Shown piece after piece: positions 29,214 through 39,660 of a stretch of 64,000 nucleotides of DNA (position 1 is its first letter; every line of letters starts with the position of its first letter). The translations under genes were made by a program, and so were the position numbers. The stretch covers positions 1-64,000 of IMG/VR virus record IMGVR_UViG_3300035661_000030; one strand, given 5' to 3'. Under the pieces are notes generated by a model. It saw nothing but the letters and a program-made list of their open reading frames with translations, was not told where the DNA came from and did not search any database. The stretch is from a virus (lineage: Duplodnaviria; Caudoviricetes).

Positions 29214-30689
29214 ATGAGTGGATTTAGAATTGAGGGTGCTACTGGCAATGATGCTAAAGTAGATACACAAGGTAATTTAATGGTAGCTACTTCTTTAGTG
29301 CCAGCTAATATTGGCGCACTTAGAATGTATACCGAAAATGACGCTGGTAATGTAACCGGTACACCATATTTAATGCAACCAGAAACATCGCCTGATTATA
29401 AATTGCGTGTTGGTTTAGATACTTTGTTATTTAATGATAGTTTTAATACCGCTGCTGGCGTTCAGAATAATAACTTATGGAAAGTTGTTATTGCTTCTTC
29501 AATGTCTGTTGCTTCTGGTGCTGGTGCGCTTCAGTTTAATGCTAACAATACATTAACGTCCGGTGCAGGTGTTGCAGTTTGGTCTTGCCGTTATTTTCCA
29601 CTTATTAAAACCGCTCCAACTTATATTGAATTTAGTGGTTATCCAACAGATCAGCCTTTGGTTAATCAAGTTGTAGAATTTGGTTTATTCTTACCTACGA
29701 CTGGCGGTGCAGCTCCGACCGAAGGTGCTTTTTTTAGATATACATCAGCGGGTTTATACGGTGTAACTAACTACAATGGTGTAGAAACTCAAGTATTATT
29801 ACAAGCTACTCAATTAACTGCTAATACTTTAGTATCATTTACTATTGCTTGTAGTGAGAATCAAACTCGTTTTTGGGCTAATGATGTTCTTTTAGGAACA
29901 ATCCAAACTCCAGCCGCTAACGGCACACCTTTTATGACTTATGCATTACCTATTGCTATGCAGTTCAGAAATGCTAATGCAGTAACCGGTTCTCCAGTTA
30001 TGCAATGGAAGATGTGTGACGTTAGCGTTAACTTGGCTGACTTCAATACTAATAAACCTTGGTCACATCAAATGTGCGGTATGGGCTTAAATGCCGCACA
30101 AGGTCAGAATGGTCATTCTTCAATTCTTTCTACTGCTTCAACCGCTGTAACTGCCGCTCCTGCTGCTGCGGCGGCTCTTGTTCAGACATCTGTTACTTCA
30201 CAATTCACAGGTTTAGGTGGAATCTTTAGGGTTCTGCCTACTTTAACTGCTGGCACAGAAGGTTTGCTTTGTTCTTATCAAAATCCTGCTGGCTCAATCA
30301 ACCTTACCCCAAGAACGCTTTACATTACAGGTTGTAAGATTTATTCAACAGTTGAAGCTGCTTTAACTGGCGGTCCACTTATTAATGTATTTCAATTATT
30401 ATATGGCCATACTGCCGTTTCAGCCGCAGTAACATCTGATACTACAACTGCTTGGGCAACTGGTTCTGTTAAATGTCCAAGACGTATTCCAATTGGTATT
30501 GAAGTATATCAGTCTGCTGCTGCTGTTGGCGCAGTTGCTAATACTAATGGTTTATCTCTTGATTTATCACAATCTCCAGTAGTTGTAAACCCAGGTGAGT
30601 TCATTGCAATTGGCCTTAGAAACCAGGGTACAGTTACAACAGCAGGCAATACTCTTTATACGGTTACGTTTACTGGATATTGGGAGTAA
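29214..30689 (+). CDS. Beta-rich virion protein (lectin/jelly-roll-like)
   Basis: Ala/Thr/Gly-rich, C-terminal GYWE, in the fibre cluster. Confidence 0.65.
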   Translation: MSGFRIEGATGNDAKVDTQGNLMVATSLVPANIGALRMYTENDAGNVTGTPYLMQPETSPDYKLRVGLDTLLFNDSFNTAAGVQNNNLWKVVIASSMSVASGAGALQFNANNTLTSGAGVAVWSCRYFPLIKTAPTYIEFSGYPTDQPLVNQVVEFGLFLPTTGGAAPTEGAFFRYTSAGLYGVTNYNGVETQVLLQATQLTANTLVSFTIACSENQTRFWANDVLLGTIQTPAANGTPFMTYALPIAMQFRNANAVTGSPVMQWKMCDVSVNLADFNTNKPWSHQMCGMGLNAAQGQNGHSSILSTASTAVTAAPAAAAALVQTSVTSQFTGLGGIFRVLPTLTAGTEGLLCSYQNPAGSINLTPRTLYITGCKIYSTVEAALTGGPLINVFQLLYGHTAVSAAVTSDTTTAWATGSVKCPRRIPIGIEVYQSAAAVGAVANTNGLSLDLSQSPVVVNPGEFIAIGLRNQGTVTTAGNTLYTVTFTGYWE

Positions 30690-30692
30690 CAA

Positions 30693-30974
30693 ATGGCTAA
30701 TCCTGACTGGAATGTAAAACAGTTAACAAGTAGGGATCGTGTTTATGAAATTATTATTGATAATCCATTAAAACAGATTCCTACTTGTAAAATATTGAAG
30801 CAACGTATTATTGTTGACGCTGACGACAATATTCTCTTCCAAACAGAATTAACTCCATGGGGAATAGATATTGAAACTGCTATGATGGATCCAATTCTTA
30901 ATCCATTCGTAACTAAAATTATAGAAGGATTAGAAGGTTTAACCCAAGCTCTATATGATAGAGAAACTGTATGA
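30693..30974 (+). CDS. Small hypothetical protein
   Basis: 93-aa ORF in operon. Confidence 0.6.
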   Translation: MANPDWNVKQLTSRDRVYEIIIDNPLKQIPTCKILKQRIIVDADDNILFQTELTPWGIDIETAMMDPILNPFVTKIIEGLEGLTQALYDRETV

Positions 30975-31120
30975 GTTTAATTAAATTGGCTATCCAGGGT
31001 GGCGCACATTCAAATATGCCTAATGCTTGGTATAATTCTAAGAAGCTTGGAACTAAGGGAAATATCCATTTAGCTCAAGGTTTTAATTCTTCACTTCCAC
31101 CTATTCCTAAGCTTTCATAA
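30971..31120 (+). CDS. 49-aa protein starting MSLIKLA (not in the ORF track)
   Basis: ATG overlaps the upstream stop, TAA abuts the next ATG; leader identical to 50318..50620. Confidence 0.6.
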   Translation: MSLIKLAIQGGAHSNMPNAWYNSKKLGTKGNIHLAQGFNSSLPPIPKLS

Positions 31121-32278
31121 ATGCAGGTAAAACCTCTTTATCGTGATCCAATAACAGGGTATCTCCGTGAGGCTCAGTCCGGGGATACTCTGAATACCGC
31201 TACGCTGGCTGTATTTAATGAATACATAACGTTATTTAACGATGCAACCGAACTTACCTGTTGCGCCATTGTCGATTATACAGCTATACCAATTAATTCG
31301 GTCAACCTCCCAAATAACTTGCTTCGTAATGAACCTAGTGTAGATTGCGTTATTTTACAATCTGGATTAGAAAGTGAAACAGTTTTAGCTGGATTAACTC
31401 ATGGCAAAAAATATCAAACATCTACTAATATTATTTATACTACTTCCGATACTTTGTATCTTGGGCGTGATGGGAAAGTTACTACAACCAAACCATCGTT
31501 AGCCGCTGGTGATCATTGGCTTGTTAAGGTTGGTAGATTAGTTAATCATAATGAATTTATATTTGATCCACAACCTCCAATTGATTTAACCATAAATAGT
31601 GGTGGTTATATAGGTCAAATACCTGATTTAGCTCTTAGTCCTGATACATGGTTATATAATGATGGCACTACTATATCATGGAAAAAAATTAAAGCTTCTG
31701 ATATAGCTGCTGATGCTGCAATAACTTCTTTTACTTCTGCTCAAACTTCATTTGAGGTTGGACAACAAATAAATACTCCAGCTTTTATAGCTTCATATAA
31801 TGAAACCGTTGTATCGGCGCGTTTAAGAGATAATCAGAATTTTTCATGGAATATATTAAGTAATTTCACTTCATTTAACTCTACTTATAATTTTAAATTA
31901 AATACTCCAGGGTCAGTTACATTCACCCTGGAGGCAACATTATCTACAGTTTTACAATCTACTTTAAATTTAAGTTGGTATTATAGAAAATACTATGGCA
32001 CTTCAACTAACTTGACTTTAATATCAAATTTAGGTTATAATAACCTATCATCTGGTAAGGCAGGTAGCTTTACCGTAAATGCAAATACTAACGAATATAT
32101 TTATTACGCAATACCCACTTCTTTTGGAACTCCTATATTTTATGTTGGTGGATTCGAAGGTGGTTTTCATTTAGATAATACAGTTAATTTTGTAAATAGT
32201 TTTGGCATAACTACTAATTATTCTATTTATAAATCTGATAATCATTCTTTAGGTATTACAACTGTAACAGTATTATAA
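31121..32278 (+). CDS. Virion protein: decoration-like module (FIFDPQPPIDL) plus C-terminal beta domain
   Basis: Module shared with 26027..26878; C-terminal YIYYAIP..FG.P.F.VGGFEGGF. Confidence 0.65.
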   Translation: MQVKPLYRDPITGYLREAQSGDTLNTATLAVFNEYITLFNDATELTCCAIVDYTAIPINSVNLPNNLLRNEPSVDCVILQSGLESETVLAGLTHGKKYQTSTNIIYTTSDTLYLGRDGKVTTTKPSLAAGDHWLVKVGRLVNHNEFIFDPQPPIDLTINSGGYIGQIPDLALSPDTWLYNDGTTISWKKIKASDIAADAAITSFTSAQTSFEVGQQINTPAFIASYNETVVSARLRDNQNFSWNILSNFTSFNSTYNFKLNTPGSVTFTLEATLSTVLQSTLNLSWYYRKYYGTSTNLTLISNLGYNNLSSGKAGSFTVNANTNEYIYYAIPTSFGTPIFYVGGFEGGFHLDNTVNFVNSFGITTNYSIYKSDNHSLGITTVTVL

Positions 32279-32328
32279 TAAGTTTAATTAAATTAGCTGT
32301 TTTAAATATAAAGTTGTTTGGCCACGGT

Positions 32329-32550
32329 ATGAGCATTGTAAAATTAGCTTGGACAGATGATAAAGAATTGAACTCTTCCTATATGCCAGGAACGTTTAAT
32401 AGAGAATCTATTGGAATTTTGCAAAGTCCTGATTCGCCAGATCAAAATATAGAAAGAGAAAATAATGACATCAATAGTAAAAATCGCGGCCTCCCAAAAG
32501 GGCCTATTTTCCCAATTAAGCAAAAAATTTGGAAAAGAAGCTGTTACTGA
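32329..32550 (+). CDS. Small protein starting MSIVKLA
   Basis: ATG at 32329 within the track ORF 32314..32550; overlaps the next ORF by 86 nt. Confidence 0.45.
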   Translation: MSIVKLAWTDDKELNSSYMPGTFNRESIGILQSPDSPDQNIERENNDINSKNRGLPKGPIFPIKQKIWKRSCY

Positions 32551-32740
32551 AGCTCGTGAATTACAAAATCAAGGTAAAGATTATGGATTGATAAGACATA
32601 TTATCAATCAAAAATATTCGTCTACTGCACCAAAATATGAATATATAATTAGATTTCCTAAGGATTTATCTAGATCTGAAGCAAGAGATTTTCAAAAGTC
32701 TATCCATTTACCATTAGAAAAGTGGAGAAAGAATAAGTAA
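32465..32740 (+). CDS. Small basic protein starting MTSIVKIA
   Basis: 91-aa ORF whose stop overlaps the fibre start. Confidence 0.6.
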   Translation: MTSIVKIAASQKGLFSQLSKKFGKEAVTEARELQNQGKDYGLIRHIINQKYSSTAPKYEYIIRFPKDLSRSEARDFQKSIHLPLEKWRKNK

Positions 32741-35700
32741 TGCCAATTCCGCTGATCGCAGAATTAGTTCCTAAAAATGAAGGCAAATTCGCCCTCTTAG
32801 ATGATAAAAATCTAAGAGGATCATATCGTATATGTGCTACTTTAGCCGAACGTAATAGTATTCCGGCAGATAATTTAAAGTATGGAATGGTAGTATTTGT
32901 TCAAGAAAATGGTAAAAAATATACTTTAGAATCTGATTTAATTACTTGGACAGAATTAACTTCCGCTTCATCTATTGGTGGTAATGGAATAACTAATCAA
33001 GTTGCATATTGGAGTGCTTCAAACTTTATTAGTGGTATTACCGTAACAAGTGGTTTACTGGCTCATGATAATACGGGACTTCCAGCCGCAGTAATATCAA
33101 CCACACCTGGAGCTATTTTAGTGGCTTCTGCTACTAGACCTTTATTTAGTAATTGCACAATCTTACCAAACACTACTGGATTTGCAATTACTGGTGGTTC
33201 AACTACTGCAAAAACTTTAACAGTATCAAATACATTAACTCTTGCTGGTACAGACTCATCAACTCTTAATATTGGTGCTGGTGGAACGCTAGGAACTGCT
33301 GCATTTACAGCCGCAACCGCTTATGAAGCGGCTTTAGGTAATCCAGCAACTTCAGGATATGTTCTTTCATCTACTACAGATGGTGTAAGATCATGGGTAG
33401 CCAATGGATTCCAAAATCCAATGACTACATTAGGTGATTTATTATATGGTGGAACTTCTGGCGTTGCTACTCGCTTAGCTGGTCCTACAGTTAATGGAAC
33501 ATATATTCTAGCTGAAGTAGTATCTGCTTCAGTCGCAGTTGCCCCCACTTGGATTAACATAAATACAATTACTGCTGCTGCCGTAACTAATTCACTTACT
33601 ATTAATAATAGTGGTACTGGCGCTGCTTCTGGAACTACATTTAATGGCTCTTCCGCAGTTACTATCTCTTACAATACTATCGGAGCATTACCTAACCTCT
33701 ATACTACATTAGGTGATCTTGATTATGCCGGTGCTTCTGGCATTCCAGCTAGATTAGCTGGTCCTACGGTAGCCGGTACTTATATCTTAACTGAAACTCC
33801 TACTGGTTCAGCAGCAGTTGCTCCAGTATGGACAAATGCTAATACTTTAACAGTTGCTAAGACAACTAATTTAGTTGGTGCAGCTTGGGGTATTCCTTAT
33901 CAATCTGCTACTGATACTACATCATTTGTAGCTCAGCCCGGTGCTGCTGGTAGAGTATTCTTATCAGGTGCTAATAATGCTGCTCCAAATTGGTCAGCAG
34001 GAACTTTAACATTACCTGCTTCTGGCTCATTAACTATTCCAGCTTTTGCTGTATCATTCTCTAATGCTTTTGCTACAACAGGCGCATTTTCTACTAGTTT
34101 AACTCAAAGTGCTAACTTAACATTAGCATTGCCTCCTGTGGCAACCGCTAATATGGTTTACAATACCGCTGCCCCTGGAGCTAATAATCAATTAGTTTAT
34201 GCGGCAAATACTTCTAATGCTATTTCTTACATTACTGCTCCAGCGGCTCTTTCAGTATTAACACAATCATCTGATGCTGCTGCTCCAGCATGGACAACTG
34301 CTACCGGAACAGGTTCACCTGTAATGGGAACAGATCCTACAATTACTCTTAATAGTAGTAATAAATTAATTCTTAATTTTACACCCGCACTTGGCACCGA
34401 TGCAGTTAATAAAACATATGTAGATAATATTGCATTAGGTTTAAATGACTGGAAACAAGGAACTGGATTTGTAAAGGTTTCTGGAGGTACTATATCTTAT
34501 GATAATTCTGCCTATCTAACCGGAACAAAGGTAGATTCATTTAATACAAGAACTGGTGCAGTAACTCTAACCTCTTCTGATGTTACTGCCGCCTTAACCT
34601 ATACTCCAATTAATAAGGCTGGTGATACTGGTATTGGTAATTTGAGTATGAGTGCCCTATCAGCTACCACAGGAACATTTAGTAATACTATCACACAACA
34701 AAACGCATCAAATTGGTCTGCATCACCTGTTTTAACTTCACATAGTCAACTAATAAGTGGCAGTAGTGGGCTAACAAAATTAACTAATATTGCATCTTAT
34801 ACAGTTAATAATAATACCGGGACTGGAACCATTAAGATTACTCTTCCTGTATCTTGGACTAATACAATGATACGGATGAGAATTGCTGGTTATGCTTATG
34901 ACGCAAGTGGTGCATATGAAATACATTTAGGTGGATATAACTACAGTACTACTCTTGCGTGGACTAATACAAGTGCTGTGATTCTAGGAGATTGTCCATT
35001 TACAAGTATTAGATTTGGACATGATGGAACTTATTGCTGTATATTGCTTGGAACTACTTCAACAGTTTTATCTTATCCAAAAATTACTATTGAAGAAGTA
35101 GAACTAGGACATAGTGGAATATCTGCATCATGGGTATCTGGATGGACAATTACACAAATAACATCTGAAACTGGTATAACTATTACTGGCACTCCAACCA
35201 TTAAAACAGCTTTTATAAGTGACGGTGCCCATGCCCTATCCGCTACTTCAGGAACATTTAGTGGTGCCCTATCAGCATCACAATTTAATGGTTCTGGCGC
35301 AGGATTAACAGGAACAGCAAATTCATTATCTATTGGGGGTAATGCTGCTACAGCTAACAACCTCAATAATATAAGAATTACTGCCTCTACGGATCTAAAT
35401 AGTTATACTACCCCTGGGTTTTACTACTGCCCCTTAGATGCAGATGCAGCAACTCTAACTAATTGTCCTTCTGCTAATGCCTTTGGAATGATTGTAGCTT
35501 ATGCTTCAGGTGTTACACAGTTTTTATGGTCATATATGACATCATCCGGTAATTATTGGATGAGAAAAAACTACTCTGGAACGTGGGGTTCATGGGTAAG
35601 AATACTTAGGGAAGATGCTCAAACTTATGGAATTAGTATTTCTGGTACAGCCTCTAATGTCTCAGCAGCTAATAATACAATAAATGCTAATTATTATCCA

Positions 35701-38700
35701 GTCTTTGCTACTTCTCAAGGAACTTCAGTAGCTCTAGGAACAAATTCAGGCTTCACATTTAATCCCTCTACTAATCTGTTAACTATTGGTGGAGGAATAT
35801 CCGCTACTACGGGAACATTTAGTGGTGCCCTATCTGCTAATGCTGGAATGAATATAAACAGGGTCAATAGTGTTTCTACGGGGATTCTTTATTATTCTTC
35901 TGGATATACAGCTTGGCAAACGTATATGTCTAATGCTGGAGTTGCATCTGGAGTATCTGGAACTGTGGTAGCTCCGACAGGAACCTATGTTACAACTTGG
36001 GGTCTTAGAAACTTTATTGAAAATGCCGCTGGATATGGTTGGACTTGGGAAAGTGGAACAGGTGCTTCTACTACACCCTCTATTGTAGCTGAGCTGTCTA
36101 GCAATACAGGTAATTTTAGAACTATTGGATCTATATCAGCTACCACAGGAACATTTAGCAGTCAAGTTTCTGTTACAACTTCTGACTCTCAACAAATTAA
36201 GGTAATACAGGGCACACAGACTAACTATATAGGCTCTACTGGTTCAAGCGGTAATGCTCAATTAACCATACAAGGTGCTAACTATACTCATGGATTAAAT
36301 CTGCTGGATTCATATAACACAACTGCCTATGCCGCTTTGTATGGAGGGTATTACAATAATGATGCTACACTTACTCTTAGAAAGTATTCTGCTCAAAACA
36401 CAGTATCAGCTACATCTGTCTATGCTTCTACCTATGCTAATATTTCCGGTCCTTTAACGGCTACTTCAGGAACATTTAGTTCTAATATTACAACTGGTGG
36501 AAGGCTCATTTCTACTGGACAAATTTCACCTAATTTACATCTTGACCCTACTGATGGTGCTAATTCTGTATATCTAAATTATTACGCTGGAACAGGTGGT
36601 GTTAATTTCTGTAATGGTGCTAATGGTATTGTAGCTTCTATTAGTGGAAGTGGTGCCCTAACTGCTACTTCAGGAACATTTAGTGGTAAAGTTATTGCCA
36701 ATGGTCCGAATCTTGGGCTTGCTAATGGGTTAGAGGTATATTATTCTGCTCTAGGTCCACTTGCAGCATTTAGAAGTTTGAACGGTTCCAATAATCCATA
36801 TTTTATGATTTCTGGAACATCCACTGGTATTACATTAGCAACTGATGGATCTAGTTATGGTGATATTAGATTAAGAACAAGCTCAACCGATCAACTGATT
36901 ATATCTACTACAGGTGCCGCTACATTCTCATCCTCTGTCAGTATGGGTGCCCTAACTGCTACTTCAGGAAGTTTTAGTGGAACCTTAAGTCTGCCTTCTA
37001 ATGGTAGCACATATTTCAAAATTGGTAATGGTGATGCCGCTTCAATGGCAACCTGTAATATTGACCTTGCTGTTTGGAACGGTTTTGGTCTATGGAACCC
37101 TACTACTGGTGGCACTTTCCCTAACCAACGGTCAATTTACTTTGATGTAAGAAATGGTGCGGCTGAGTTTGGTGGAGGTATAACTGCTACCACAGGAACC
37201 TTTAGTGGTGCCCTAAGTGCTACTTCAGGAACATTTAGTTCTAATATTACAACTGGTGGAAGGCTCATTTCTACTGGACAAATTTCACCTAATTTACATC
37301 TTGACCCTACTGATGGTGCTAATTCTGTATATCTAAATTATTACGCTGGAACAGGTGGTGTTAATTTCTGTAATGGTGCTAATGGTATTGTAGCTTCTAT
37401 TGATGGAAGTGGTAACGGAACCTTTAATGGTGTATTATTAGCTACCCAAATATACGGTAAATCAAATTTAGCAAACCAACAAGCACCACTAAATTATTCT
37501 TATATTGGTAGTACAGATGATAATGTAACCGATACTGTTGTGTTACTGCACCCTGCTTACAATGGAACACTAATAAATAAGTATCTATTTGATGGCACTA
37601 TCACATTTCAGCGAGGCAGTACTGGATCATATAATATATCCGATAATTATGATGTAAAAACTTCTACTGCGTACAGTTCAAATACTGGTTCTATAATTTC
37701 AAAAAATACACAGCGTGTCGCTAATCTAGTAACTTGCACGTATAATAGTGTGCTTTATGTAGCCCTATATGTTCCTAAAACAGCGTCAAGAGATGTCTAC
37801 TATAAGGGTGATCTGCTATCTACGCTTGCCAATCCATTAGTACTATCTGCTTCTTCTGTTAGTAATGTGTCAGTTCTGGCACAAGATAATACTAATCTTG
37901 GTGGTCCCCTATCAGCTACTAGCGGGTCTTTTACACTTCCAGTTGTATGTCATTCCATGACCACTGGTGCTAATTTCACTGGTAATTGGCTTGGAGCTAA
38001 TTACTGGGGAATTGGTCCCATTTCATCGCATGGGATTAGGTTGGGGATGGTTGATTCCTCAAATGCGTTTATGACCCCTCCTGGGGATATGTCTTTACAG
38101 ATAGATGCTTCTGTAAGTATGGGTGCCCTAACTGCTACTTCAGGAACATTTTCTTCTAGCTCTACTGTTGGAGTGGTTATCAATAACACAAATGGCGGGA
38201 ATTATAACTGCGAGATGCAGTTTAGTCTCGCGGGAACAACTTATTATGATATTGGGACGAATATTGCCATCCCTGGTGGTGCGGCTTTTGAGTTTTATGA
38301 CCGTAGCTATTCCAGGCTAATGTTATCCCTTGGTAGGAATAATTCTGGAGCGTCATTCAATGGCGGTTCTGTTAGTATGGGGGCCCTATCAGCTACAGGT
38401 GGAAACTTTACACAAGACCTTAACCTCATTACAGCGCCAGATAATGCTGTTTTTGCTATAAAGAATGGATCAAATAGAAGGTGGGCAATCTTTTCGCACG
38501 GGTCTGAAACTGGCTCTAATGCTGGTTCCGATATTGCCATAGCTAACTATACAGATGCGGGTGCTTACGGCTCAATAGTATTTTCAATCAACAGAGCTAC
38601 TGGTGCTGCCAACTTTGCATCCTCCGTTAGCATGGGTGCCCTAACTGCTACTACAGGAAGTTTTAGTGGTGCCCTATCTGCTACTAGTGGATCTTTTACG

Positions 38701-39021
38701 CTCCCGGTTGTATGTCACTCCATGTCTGCGGGTGCTAATTTTACTGGTAATTGGCCTGGCGCTAACTATTGGGGGATTGGCCCTATTTCGTCGCATGGAA
38801 TTAGGCTTGGGATGGTTGATTCCTCAAATGCGTTTATGTCTCCACCTGGGGATATGTCTTTGCAGATAGATGCTTCTGTCAGTATGGGTGCGTTCGGTAG
38901 CAACGGCAAAACACCACAGACTAGCGCCTCAGTCAATGCGGCCTGCACCGATCTAAATACCGCGATAGCCCTTGTTAACCAACTTCGTTCAGCACTTATA
39001 GCCAACGGAATTTGCGTGTAG
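32740..39021 (+). CDS. Giant modular fibre/adhesin protein, 2093 aa
   Basis: Thr/Ser/Gly-rich; pyocin-knob-like domain (DLNSYTTPGFYY...W.R....TWGSW); recurrent ALSAT(T/S)GTFS linkers; internal duplications. Confidence 0.9.
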   Translation: MPIPLIAELVPKNEGKFALLDDKNLRGSYRICATLAERNSIPADNLKYGMVVFVQENGKKYTLESDLITWTELTSASSIGGNGITNQVAYWSASNFISGITVTSGLLAHDNTGLPAAVISTTPGAILVASATRPLFSNCTILPNTTGFAITGGSTTAKTLTVSNTLTLAGTDSSTLNIGAGGTLGTAAFTAATAYEAALGNPATSGYVLSSTTDGVRSWVANGFQNPMTTLGDLLYGGTSGVATRLAGPTVNGTYILAEVVSASVAVAPTWININTITAAAVTNSLTINNSGTGAASGTTFNGSSAVTISYNTIGALPNLYTTLGDLDYAGASGIPARLAGPTVAGTYILTETPTGSAAVAPVWTNANTLTVAKTTNLVGAAWGIPYQSATDTTSFVAQPGAAGRVFLSGANNAAPNWSAGTLTLPASGSLTIPAFAVSFSNAFATTGAFSTSLTQSANLTLALPPVATANMVYNTAAPGANNQLVYAANTSNAISYITAPAALSVLTQSSDAAAPAWTTATGTGSPVMGTDPTITLNSSNKLILNFTPALGTDAVNKTYVDNIALGLNDWKQGTGFVKVSGGTISYDNSAYLTGTKVDSFNTRTGAVTLTSSDVTAALTYTPINKAGDTGIGNLSMSALSATTGTFSNTITQQNASNWSASPVLTSHSQLISGSSGLTKLTNIASYTVNNNTGTGTIKITLPVSWTNTMIRMRIAGYAYDASGAYEIHLGGYNYSTTLAWTNTSAVILGDCPFTSIRFGHDGTYCCILLGTTSTVLSYPKITIEEVELGHSGISASWVSGWTITQITSETGITITGTPTIKTAFISDGAHALSATSGTFSGALSASQFNGSGAGLTGTANSLSIGGNAATANNLNNIRITASTDLNSYTTPGFYYCPLDADAATLTNCPSANAFGMIVAYASGVTQFLWSYMTSSGNYWMRKNYSGTWGSWVRILREDAQTYGISISGTASNVSAANNTINANYYPVFATSQGTSVALGTNSGFTFNPSTNLLTIGGGISATTGTFSGALSANAGMNINRVNSVSTGILYYSSGYTAWQTYMSNAGVASGVSGTVVAPTGTYVTTWGLRNFIENAAGYGWTWESGTGASTTPSIVAELSSNTGNFRTIGSISATTGTFSSQVSVTTSDSQQIKVIQGTQTNYIGSTGSSGNAQLTIQGANYTHGLNLLDSYNTTAYAALYGGYYNNDATLTLRKYSAQNTVSATSVYASTYANISGPLTATSGTFSSNITTGGRLISTGQISPNLHLDPTDGANSVYLNYYAGTGGVNFCNGANGIVASISGSGALTATSGTFSGKVIANGPNLGLANGLEVYYSALGPLAAFRSLNGSNNPYFMISGTSTGITLATDGSSYGDIRLRTSSTDQLIISTTGAATFSSSVSMGALTATSGSFSGTLSLPSNGSTYFKIGNGDAASMATCNIDLAVWNGFGLWNPTTGGTFPNQRSIYFDVRNGAAEFGGGITATTGTFSGALSATSGTFSSNITTGGRLISTGQISPNLHLDPTDGANSVYLNYYAGTGGVNFCNGANGIVASIDGSGNGTFNGVLLATQIYGKSNLANQQAPLNYSYIGSTDDNVTDTVVLLHPAYNGTLINKYLFDGTITFQRGSTGSYNISDNYDVKTSTAYSSNTGSIISKNTQRVANLVTCTYNSVLYVALYVPKTASRDVYYKGDLLSTLANPLVLSASSVSNVSVLAQDNTNLGGPLSATSGSFTLPVVCHSMTTGANFTGNWLGANYWGIGPISSHGIRLGMVDSSNAFMTPPGDMSLQIDASVSMGALTATSGTFSSSSTVGVVINNTNGGNYNCEMQFSLAGTTYYDIGTNIAIPGGAAFEFYDRSYSRLMLSLGRNNSGASFNGGSVSMGALSATGGNFTQDLNLITAPDNAVFAIKNGSNRRWAIFSHGSETGSNAGSDIAIANYTDAGAYGSIVFSINRATGAANFASSVSMGALTATTGSFSGALSATSGSFTLPVVCHSMSAGANFTGNWPGANYWGIGPISSHGIRLGMVDSSNAFMSPPGDMSLQIDASVSMGAFGSNGKTPQTSASVNAACTDLNTAIALVNQLRSALIANGICV
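36460..37401 (+). repeat. 183-bp exact internal duplication (36460-36642 = 37219-37401)
   Basis: Identical by direct comparison. Confidence 0.9.
37909..38892 (+). repeat. 219-bp diverged duplication (37909-38127 vs 38674-38892)
   Basis: 73 aa with 4 substitutions but many synonymous changes. Confidence 0.9.
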
Positions 39022-39119
39022 GATGATTTATGACTAAAGAATACATTTGTAAACATGATGGCTTTGCAATAATTATTATCGCTATTTAAATAAGTTTTAT
39101 CTAAATGGTAGGAGGCGCT

Positions 39120-39653
39120 ATGTTTAAACCAGGAGATGTTTTACTATACGAAGCCCCAGCATGGAAATTTTCTAATATTATTCCAAAACTCATTAGATTG
39201 ATAACCGGGAATAAGATTACCCATGTAGCTTTATATATTAATCAGGAAGGTGATAAACATATCATCTTAGATGCAGGCACTAAAGGCATTCGTACACTTT
39301 CTATGACAGAAGCAGAGTTATATAATAGAGCAGATGATTTTCATTTAGCTGGTATTGCTAGATTAAATAATTTTCAACCCTCATTAGAACAAGACAAATT
39401 AAAGGCAGCTGCTTCATATTTCATTGGTAAAAAGTATGGATATTTAACAATATTTAATTTATTATTGCAGCATGGAATGGGTAGATTATTCAACAAAGAA
39501 TGGAAGATCTGGTTTAAATCAAATGATGCTTATATTTGTTCAGAATCTACTCAATTAGTTTATGAAAAAATGGGATTTATATTTAATAAGCCAGCCTGTT
39601 TAGTAGAACCCGACGATTATCTAAGTGACCCCTGGATATTTATAAAATCGTAG
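39120..39653 (+). CDS. Permuted papain-like (YaeF/YiiX, NlpC/P60 superfamily) amidase
   Basis: PGDVLL...HVALY...KKY...YICSE; GGAGG SD before the ATG at 39120. Confidence 0.85.
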   Translation: MFKPGDVLLYEAPAWKFSNIIPKLIRLITGNKITHVALYINQEGDKHIILDAGTKGIRTLSMTEAELYNRADDFHLAGIARLNNFQPSLEQDKLKAAASYFIGKKYGYLTIFNLLLQHGMGRLFNKEWKIWFKSNDAYICSESTQLVYEKMGFIFNKPACLVEPDDYLSDPWIFIKS

Positions 39654-39660
39654 GCATTAA

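Noticed and set aside
36460-38892. Diversity-generating retroelement TR/VR pair in the fibre gene
   Set aside because: One repeat is exact and the other differs at all base types, mostly synonymously, not adenine-specifically; no reverse transcriptase in the window.
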